A stretch of 64,000 nucleotides of DNA from Thermodesulfobacteriota bacterium (GTDB lineage: Bacteria > Desulfobacterota_D > UBA1144 > Nemesobacterales > Nemesobacteraceae), in the NCBI GenBank assembly GCA_965209225.1, contig OZ242379.1:1666661-1730660 (forward strand), in the 5' to 3' direction. Below are positions 57,257 through 64,000 of the stretch, piece by piece (within the stretch, counting starts at the first letter, position 1; every line of letters starts with the position of its first letter). Under the pieces are notes generated by a model, which made no database searches, was not told the DNA's origin, and saw nothing but the letters and a program-made list of their open reading frames with translations. Position numbers and translations under genes: made by a program.

Positions 57257-59341
57257 GTGTCAGAACAGATATTTCCAATAGACAGGGTGAGAAACATCGG
57301 AATTGTTGCTCACATAGATGCTGGCAAGACCACCACTACCGAAAGAATACTTTTCTATACTGGCATAACCTACAAAATAGGCGAGGTGCACGAAGGCGCG
57401 GCGACCATGGACTGGATGGAGCAGGAGCGCGAAAGGGGCATCACCATTACTTCCGCTACCACTACGTGTTTCTGGAAGGACTGCAGAATAAACATCATAG
57501 ACACTCCCGGCCACGTTGATTTCACCATAGAGGTTGAAAGGTCGCTCAAGGTGCTTGACGGAGCGGTGGTTGTGTTTGACTGCGTCGGAGGAGTCGAACC
57601 TCAGACCGAGACGGTTTGGGGGCAGGCCGACCGTTACTCCGTTCCAAGAATGTGCTTTGTGAATAAGATGGACAGGGTCGGAGCGGATTTCTACAAGGTC
57701 GTGGACCAGATAGTTGAAAGGCTTAACGCCAATCCCGTGTGTCTTCAGATTCCCTGGTTTGACGGCGACGACTTCACCGGAATAGTTGACCTGATAAGGA
57801 TGAAAATGGCGGTCTGGGACGGGGAGAGTCTTGGGGCCAAGTTTGAATTCATAGATATCCCCGAGAACACCAGGGAGCAGGCGGCCGAATACAGGGAAAA
57901 ACTTATAGAAGCTCTCTCGGATAGCGACGAGGAGATAATGGAGCTTTATCTTGACGGAGAGGATGTTCCCGAAGATATGATCCGCAAATCCATAAGACGG
58001 CAGACAATCGATGCGACTATAGTTCCGGTTATGCTGGGGTCGGCTTTTAAGAACAAGGGAGTGCAGCTCCTGCTTGATGCCGTTGTGGAATACATGCCTG
58101 CTCCCGTGGATCTGCCCCCGGTAAGAGGCATTCATCCCAAAACCGACGAGGAAGTCGACAGAAAACCCGACAAGGAAGACCCCTTCTCCGCACTTGCGTT
58201 TAAAATTATGTCGGACCCGTTCGTCGGCCAGCTTACCTACCTTCGTGTTTATTCAGGGAAGCTGAAATCAGGCACTACCGTCTACAATTCATCCAATCTC
58301 AAGAACGAAAAAATCGGAAGGCTTCTCCGCATGCACGCGGACAAGCGCGAAGACATAAAGGAGGTTGAGGCCGGTGGTATAGCGGCTGCGGTCGGGCTTA
58401 AGAACACTCTTACGGGCGATACTCTGTGCTCGGATTCAAATCCCGTCATACTTGAGAGTCTTCATATCTCGGATCCGGTAATTTCGATTGCGATAGAACC
58501 CAAGTCAAACGCCGACCAGGAGAGACTCGGTCTTTCCCTTAGCAAGCTTGCCATGGAGGATCCTTCCTTCAAGGTGAAAACCGATGAGGAGACCCGTCAG
58601 ACCGTGATTTCCGGCATGGGGGAACTCCACCTTGAGATAATCGTCGACAGGCTTAAAAGGGAATTCAAGGTCGATGCGAACGTGGGGAAGCCTCAGGTTG
58701 CTTACAGAGAAACGATAACCTCTACTTCTCAGACCGAAGGGAAGTACATAAGACAGACCGGTGGGCGTGGTCAGTACGGCCATGTGAAGATAAGGGTGGA
58801 GCCTCTTGAGAGGGGCGAAGGATTTCAGTTCCACGACCAGATAAAGGGAGGGGTGATTCCCAAGGAGTTTATTCCCGCGGTGGAGAAAGGAATAGTCGAG
58901 GCCATGGATGCCGGAATTGTCTCCGGGTACCCGGTCGTCGACGTGGCGGTCACCCTTTACGACGGTTCTTTCCACGATGTCGACTCCTCGGAGATCGCCT
59001 TTAAGATTGCCGGTTCCATGGCGTTTAAGGAAGCGATTCATAAATCTTCTCCGGTTGTGCTTGAGCCCGTGATGAAGCTTGAGGTGGTTGTTCCCGAAGC
59101 TCACATGGGAACCGTCATAGGTGATCTGAGTTCAAGGCGCGGAAGAGTAAGCAGTACGGAAATGAGAGGTGCTATGCAGGCGGTAAAGGCGGAAGTTCCG
59201 CTTGGCGAAATGTTCGGTTACGCGACCCACTTAAGGTCAATGACCGAAGGCAGGGGATTGTTCACTATGGAATTTTCCCATTATTTCGCCTTGCCCGCCA
59301 ACATAGCCGAGGAGTTAAAACAGGCAGCCAATGTCAGCTGA
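57257..59341 (+). CDS. fusA: Elongation factor G
   Basis: [25 protein letters not shown]; GTG start. Confidence 0.98.
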   Translation: MSEQIFPIDRVRNIGIVAHIDAGKTTTTERILFYTGITYKIGEVHEGAATMDWMEQERERGITITSATTTCFWKDCRINIIDTPGHVDFTIEVERSLKVLDGAVVVFDCVGGVEPQTETVWGQADRYSVPRMCFVNKMDRVGADFYKVVDQIVERLNANPVCLQIPWFDGDDFTGIVDLIRMKMAVWDGESLGAKFEFIDIPENTREQAAEYREKLIEALSDSDEEIMELYLDGEDVPEDMIRKSIRRQTIDATIVPVMLGSAFKNKGVQLLLDAVVEYMPAPVDLPPVRGIHPKTDEEVDRKPDKEDPFSALAFKIMSDPFVGQLTYLRVYSGKLKSGTTVYNSSNLKNEKIGRLLRMHADKREDIKEVEAGGIAAAVGLKNTLTGDTLCSDSNPVILESLHISDPVISIAIEPKSNADQERLGLSLSKLAMEDPSFKVKTDEETRQTVISGMGELHLEIIVDRLKREFKVDANVGKPQVAYRETITSTSQTEGKYIRQTGGRGQYGHVKIRVEPLERGEGFQFHDQIKGGVIPKEFIPAVEKGIVEAMDAGIVSGYPVVDVAVTLYDGSFHDVDSSEIAFKIAGSMAFKEAIHKSSPVVLEPVMKLEVVVPEAHMGTVIGDLSSRRGRVSSTEMRGAMQAVKAEVPLGEMFGYATHLRSMTEGRGLFTMEFSHYFALPANIAEELKQAANVS

Positions 59342-59379
59342 TATTTTCATGTTCTTTTTACCAAGGAGGTCAACGAGAG

Positions 59380-60564
59380 ATGTCTAAGGCGAAGTTTGAG
59401 AGGGGGAAGCCGCATTTAAACATAGGAACGATAGGTCATGTGGATCATGGCAAGACTACGTTAACGGCGGCGATAACGAACATACTGTCAAAGCGAGGGC
59501 AGGCGGAGTACGTGGAGTTTGACAACATAGACAAGGCGCCGGAAGAGAGGGAGAGGGGGATAACGATAAACATAGCGCACGTTGAGTATGAAACGGACAC
59601 AAGGCACTACGCGCACGTGGACTGTCCGGGGCACGCTGACTACGTGAAGAACATGATAACGGGGGCGGCGCAGATGGACGGCGCGGTGCTGGTGGTGAGC
59701 GCGCCTGACGGGCCGATGCCCCAGACGAGGGAGCACATACTGCTTGCGAGGCAGGTGGGAGTGCCTTACATAGTGGTGGCGCTTAACAAGGTGGACATGC
59801 TTGATGACGAGGAGTTGCTTGAGCTTGTGGAGCTTGAGATAAGGGAGTTGCTGAGCGAGTACGGATTTCCCGGGGATGAGATACCGGTGGTCAAGGTAAG
59901 CGCGCTAAAGGCGATAGAGGGGGACGCGGGGGCGAGTGAGCAGGTAGTGGAGTTAATGGATCAGATAGACAGTTACGTGCCGGAGCCCGAGAGGGAGATG
60001 GACAAGCCGTTTTTGATGGCGATAGAGGATGTGTTCACGATATCGGGGAGGGGCACGGTGGTAACTGGGAGAGTGGAGAGGGGGAGGATAGTGGCTGGGA
60101 ACGAGATAGAGATAGTGGGGTTCAAGGACACTACGAAGACAGTGGCTACGAGTTTGGAGATGTTCCGCAAGATACTTGACGACGCGCAGGCTGGGGACAA
60201 CGTGGGGGTGCTGCTTCGGGGGATAGACAAGGATGAGGTGGAGAGGGGGCAGGTGTTGAGCGCTCCGGGGAGCATAAAGCCTCACAGGAAGTTCAAGGCT
60301 GAGGTGTATGTGTTGAAGAAGGAGGAGGGGGGTCGGCACACGCCGTTTTTTCCTGGTTACAGGCCGCAGTTTTATTTAAGGACGACGGACGTGACGGGGG
60401 CGGTGATATTGCCTGAGGGGGTGGAGATGGTGATGCCTGGGGACAATGTGAGCATGGACGTGGAGTTGATAGCGCCGGTGGCGATGGAGGAGCAGTTGCG
60501 TTTTGCGATAAGAGAGGGTGGAAGAACAGTAGGGGCAGGCGTGGTAACTGAAATCATTGAGTGA
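59380..60564 (+). CDS. tuf: Elongation factor Tu
   Basis: [21 protein letters not shown]. Confidence 0.98.
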   Translation: MSKAKFERGKPHLNIGTIGHVDHGKTTLTAAITNILSKRGQAEYVEFDNIDKAPEERERGITINIAHVEYETDTRHYAHVDCPGHADYVKNMITGAAQMDGAVLVVSAPDGPMPQTREHILLARQVGVPYIVVALNKVDMLDDEELLELVELEIRELLSEYGFPGDEIPVVKVSALKAIEGDAGASEQVVELMDQIDSYVPEPEREMDKPFLMAIEDVFTISGRGTVVTGRVERGRIVAGNEIEIVGFKDTTKTVATSLEMFRKILDDAQAGDNVGVLLRGIDKDEVERGQVLSAPGSIKPHRKFKAEVYVLKKEEGGRHTPFFPGYRPQFYLRTTDVTGAVILPEGVEMVMPGDNVSMDVELIAPVAMEEQLRFAIREGGRTVGAGVVTEIIE

Positions 60565-60884
60565 TGAGTAAGGCTTCGAAGATAAGAATAAAGCTTAAGT
60601 CTTTTGACTACAGGCTTCTTGATAATTCGACGGAAGAAATTGTCGATACCGCCAAGAGAACGGGCGCGAGAATAGCCGGCCCGGTTCCGCTTCCTACCAG
60701 TATAAACAGGTACTGCGTGCTACGCGGTCCTCACGTGAACAAGAATTCAAGAGAGCATTTCGAGATAAGAACGCATAAAAGACTTGTAGACATACTTGAG
60801 CCTACCCAGCAGACAATAGATGAACTTATGAAACTAAACCTTGCTTCGGGCGTTGAAGTAGAGATAAAACTGACGGGTTCGTAA
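60564..60884 (+). CDS. rpsJ: 30S ribosomal protein S10
   Basis: [24 protein letters not shown]. Confidence 0.97.
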   Translation: MSKASKIRIKLKSFDYRLLDNSTEEIVDTAKRTGARIAGPVPLPTSINRYCVLRGPHVNKNSREHFEIRTHKRLVDILEPTQQTIDELMKLNLASGVEVEIKLTGS

Positions 60885-60887
60885 AAA

Positions 60888-61532
60888 ATGATTCAGGGAA
60901 TTATAGGAACAAAAAAGGGAATGACCGAGTTTTTCAACGAAGACATGGTCAAGGTCGTCACTACGGTAGTTGAAGCGGGTCCGTGCTTCGTGGTTTCAAA
61001 AAAGACCAGAGACTCAGACGGCTACGACGCTGTTCAGCTCGGTTTTGGAGAAGTAAAACCCCAGCGGCTCACGCGCCCCATGAAGGGACATTTCACAAAA
61101 GCCGGAGTGAACCCCACGGCGAAGCTTAAGGAATTCTCCGCCACGGCTGATGATTACGAATTGGGGGACGTGGTAAAAGTTGACATTTTCAAGGTTGGAG
61201 ATGTTCTGGACGTCACCTCTAAGAGCAAGGGAAAGGGATTCGCCGGAACAATAAAACGCCACAATTTCTCAAGACAGCCGATGTCCCACGGCGGCATGGC
61301 CCACAGAAGACCCGGCTCCATAGGACAGGCATCATCTCCGGCCAAGGTGTGGAAAGGGTTGAAAATGCCGGGGCGGATGGGCGGAAAGAACGTAACGGTT
61401 CAGGGCGTCAGGGTAGTCGATATAGATGTTGAGAAAAATCTTCTTTTCGTGAAAGGGTCGGTTCCGGGTCCGGTGGGAGGAACGGTTTTTCTCCGGCACA
61501 CGTCAAAGGGGGCGGAAAATGCTTCAAGTTGA
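60888..61532 (+). CDS. rplC: 50S ribosomal protein L3
   Basis: [24 protein letters not shown]. Confidence 0.97.
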   Translation: MIQGIIGTKKGMTEFFNEDMVKVVTTVVEAGPCFVVSKKTRDSDGYDAVQLGFGEVKPQRLTRPMKGHFTKAGVNPTAKLKEFSATADDYELGDVVKVDIFKVGDVLDVTSKSKGKGFAGTIKRHNFSRQPMSHGGMAHRRPGSIGQASSPAKVWKGLKMPGRMGGKNVTVQGVRVVDIDVEKNLLFVKGSVPGPVGGTVFLRHTSKGAENASS

Positions 61533-62139
61533 CGTCTACGACATTGCCAGAAAAAAGGTGGGGACAATGGAACTTCGATCTGAAATATTTGAAGCTCCGG
61601 TGAAAAAGCACTTGCTCCATGAAGTAGTCAACTGGCAGCTTGCCAAAAGAAGGGCAGGAACCTCGTCCACCAAGACAAGAGCTGAAGTCCGAGGTGGCGG
61701 GGCAAAGCCATGGAAACAGAAACACACGGGACGCGCAAGGGCGGGGTCCAGGCGTTCCCCGATCTGGCGCAAGGGTGGAGTGGTTTTTGGACCGAAACCG
61801 AAAGACTGGTCTTACTCGATTCCGAAAAAAGTGAGAAAAGGGGCACTTGTTTCCGCTCTCTCAAGCCGTTTCGGCGAAGGTGCCATAGTTGTGCTTGACA
61901 GTCTTGATCTTCCGGAGATAAAGACCAGACAGGTGGCGAAATTCATGAAGGATTTTGACTTTTCCCAGGCTCTTGTGATTGTCAGTTCGGATAACGAGAA
62001 TCTCCACAAGTCGGCAAGGAACATACCTGACGTAAAGGTGCTCAGGGATGACGGGCTTAACGTATATGATCTTCTCAGACACAAGAACATAGTCATGGTG
62101 CGGGATTCGGTTGAAAAAATCCAGGAGAGACTATCATGA
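61519..62139 (+). CDS. rplD: 50S ribosomal protein L4
   Basis: TKTRAEVRGGGAKPWKQKHTGRARAGS. Confidence 0.97.
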   Translation: MLQVDVYDIARKKVGTMELRSEIFEAPVKKHLLHEVVNWQLAKRRAGTSSTKTRAEVRGGGAKPWKQKHTGRARAGSRRSPIWRKGGVVFGPKPKDWSYSIPKKVRKGALVSALSSRFGEGAIVVLDSLDLPEIKTRQVAKFMKDFDFSQALVIVSSDNENLHKSARNIPDVKVLRDDGLNVYDLLRHKNIVMVRDSVEKIQERLS

Positions 62140-62423
62140 AAGATCCCCGTTCAATCATAAAACTTCCTGTGATTACCGAGAAAAGCACAGAAGCCAGGGA
62201 AAATGGCTGGTATGTTTTCTCCGTAGACAGAAGATGCAACAAAAAGGAGATACAGGACTCCGTCGAGAAGATTTTCGGCGTCAAGGTAGACAAGGTAAGA
62301 ACCCTTGTGCTTCCTGGAAAAAGCGTGAAAAGATTCGGCAGGGTCGTAGGAAAGAGGTCAGCGGTTAAAAAGGCTTACGTTAAACTCAGAGAGGGAGAAA
62401 TCAACCTGTTTGAGGGAGTTTGA
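62136..62423 (+). CDS. rplW: 50S ribosomal protein L23
   Basis: PVITEK, KKAYVKL; S10 operon order. Confidence 0.96.
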   Translation: MKDPRSIIKLPVITEKSTEARENGWYVFSVDRRCNKKEIQDSVEKIFGVKVDKVRTLVLPGKSVKRFGRVVGKRSAVKKAYVKLREGEINLFEGV

Positions 62424-62425
62424 TC

Positions 62426-63268
62426 ATGGGAGTGAAAAAATATAACCCCACATCTCCGGGAAGAAGGTTCATGTCTGGGTTTGACTTTGAGGAGATAACC
62501 TCAAAAAAGCCCCACAAGTCCCTTACGGTTTCCCTTAAAAAGAACTCAGGACGCAACTCTAATGGAAGGATTACCAGTTTCAGAAAAGGTGGCGGTCACA
62601 AGAGACGCTACAGGATAATAGATTTCAAAAGGGACAAGCACGGCATACCCGCCAGAGTTGTCTCGCTGGAATATGATCCGTATCGCTCGGCTAGAATCGC
62701 TCTTCTGTCCTATGCTGACGGTGAAAAAAGATATATCATAGCCCCTGCCGGCCTTAAAGTGGGTGATGAACTGAATTCCGGGATCGGAGTGGAAGTTTCA
62801 AACGGAAACGCTCTTCCCATAGAAAATATTCCCGTGGGTACGGTCATTCACAACATAGAAATGAGGCCTGGAGGTGGAGGAAAACTGGTTCGTTCCGCGG
62901 GTTCTGCAGCGCAGATTGTCGCAAAAGACGGCAACTATGCCCAGATAAAACTCGCTTCCGGCGAAATAAGGCTGATTCATCTCCGGTGCATGGCCACCGT
63001 GGGAAGGATCGGAAACGCCGAGAACGAGCTTATAGTCTGGGGGAAGGCGGGGAGGTCCCGTCACAAGGGCATAAGACCCACGGTTCGCGGAGTGGCGATG
63101 AATCCAGTTGATCATCCCCATGGCGGAGGAGAAGGCAAGGCGACCAAGGGAAACCCCCATCCTGTTTCTCCTTGGGGATGGATTACGATAGGGAAAAAGA
63201 CGAGAAACAACAAGAGAATGGACAAATATATAGTTAAGCCGAGAAGGGTCGGCTACGGAATGGATTAA
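62426..63268 (+). CDS. rplB: 50S ribosomal protein L2
   Basis: [28 protein letters not shown]. Confidence 0.98.
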   Translation: MGVKKYNPTSPGRRFMSGFDFEEITSKKPHKSLTVSLKKNSGRNSNGRITSFRKGGGHKRRYRIIDFKRDKHGIPARVVSLEYDPYRSARIALLSYADGEKRYIIAPAGLKVGDELNSGIGVEVSNGNALPIENIPVGTVIHNIEMRPGGGGKLVRSAGSAAQIVAKDGNYAQIKLASGEIRLIHLRCMATVGRIGNAENELIVWGKAGRSRHKGIRPTVRGVAMNPVDHPHGGGEGKATKGNPHPVSPWGWITIGKKTRNNKRMDKYIVKPRRVGYGMD

Positions 63269-63283
63269 TCGCGGGAGCTTCAG

Positions 63284-63562
63284 ATGGCAAGATCAAGCAA
63301 AAAGGGACTGTATGTGCACGAAAAGCTTATGAAGAAAGTTGAGCAGGCGCAGAATTCCGGGAGTCAGAGAATCATCAGGACCTGGTCAAGAGCTTCAATG
63401 ATAATACCCGAGATGATAGGAATGACTTTTGCGGTTCACAACGGAACGAGGTTTATTCCCGTGTTCGTGTCCGAACAGATGGTTGGACATAAGCTGGGCG
63501 AGTTTTCTCCCACAAGGACTTACCATGGTCATGCGGGTGATAGAAAAGCTAGGAAAAAATAG
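63284..63562 (+). CDS. rpsS: 30S ribosomal protein S19
   Basis: [15 protein letters not shown]. Confidence 0.98.
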   Translation: MARSSKKGLYVHEKLMKKVEQAQNSGSQRIIRTWSRASMIIPEMIGMTFAVHNGTRFIPVFVSEQMVGHKLGEFSPTRTYHGHAGDRKARKK

Positions 63563-63582
63563 CAATAACAGAGAGATAGCAG

Positions 63583-63921
63583 ATGGTTTCTAAAGCAGTG
63601 CATAAGCATGCCAGGGTGTCGCCGAAAAAGGCCAGGGTGGTTCTTGACCTCATAAGGGGAAAAAGCGTGGAGGAAGCTTCCTCGATTCTGCTTTCCGCCC
63701 GCAGGAGGGTCTCACCGTTGCTCTCTAAGCTGCTTAAATCGGCTGTGGCCAACGCCTCCGAGAAGGGATACAGCGATATCGACTCCCTTTACATAAAGGA
63801 GGTCTACGCAACGAAGGGTCCGACACTTAAGCGTTTTAGGGCCAGGGCGATGGGAAGGGCTTTTGCCCGTAAAACCAGGATGAGTCATATAACGATAGTG
63901 CTTGAACAGAGGGGATTCTGA
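63583..63921 (+). CDS. rplV: 50S ribosomal protein L22
   Basis: [20 protein letters not shown]. Confidence 0.97.
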   Translation: MVSKAVHKHARVSPKKARVVLDLIRGKSVEEASSILLSARRRVSPLLSKLLKSAVANASEKGYSDIDSLYIKEVYATKGPTLKRFRARAMGRAFARKTRMSHITIVLEQRGF

Positions 63922-63922
63922 A

Positions 63923-64000
63923 TTGGGACAGAAAATTAATCCTATAGGACTTCGTATTGGAATAACCAAGTCATGGGATTCCAAGTGGTTTGCCGAGAAA
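63923..64000 (+). CDS. rpsC: 30S ribosomal protein S3 (5' part, truncated by the window)
   Basis: TTG start; [24 protein letters not shown]. Confidence 0.93.
   Translation, partial: MGQKINPIGLRIGITKSWDSKWFAEK

Noticed and set aside
57260-59104. Long antisense ORFs opposite fusA (and similar ones opposite the epimerase, sucA and sucB)
   Set aside because: Codon-bias shadows of conserved genes

Overview
A 64-kb bacterial chromosomal segment of roughly 50% GC. Gene content suggests a sponge-associated Candidatus Dadabacteria-like deltaproteobacterial relative; this is inference from the eukaryote-like LRR protein, TA density and gene order. Housekeeping genes are yjbQ (partial), ugd, an epimerase, topA, recG, sucAB, aspS, era, hisIE, phoD, rpoZ, ssb, glmU, glmS, purD and the str/S10 ribosomal operon (rpsL to partial rpsC). 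They are interleaved with many small accessory islets: a type II R-M pair followed by a CdnE-like CD-NTase stub, at least five toxin-antitoxin-like modules, a Schlafen/AlbA_2 protein, a Fic protein with an operator array, an orphan TraT, a photolyase, an IS4 and an ISAs1 element with visible TIRs and TSDs, and several pseudogenes and decayed duplicates of host genes. The most notable observations are four. (1) Three exported proteins (one LRR protein, two tandem-Cache proteins lacking any signalling output) share a C-terminal GGC-x(11-13)-FNL(L/F)L-TM-basic tail, a candidate undescribed CTERM protein-sorting system. (2) The LRR gene has a consensus sigma70 promoter with a G10 tract in its 17-bp spacer, which predicts phase variation. 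(3) There is a tandem pair of FmdB-type zinc ribbons split by a shared insert of about 90 aa. (4) tuf has an extreme G-over-C skew confined to the gene. No rRNA, tRNA or CRISPR array was recognised.
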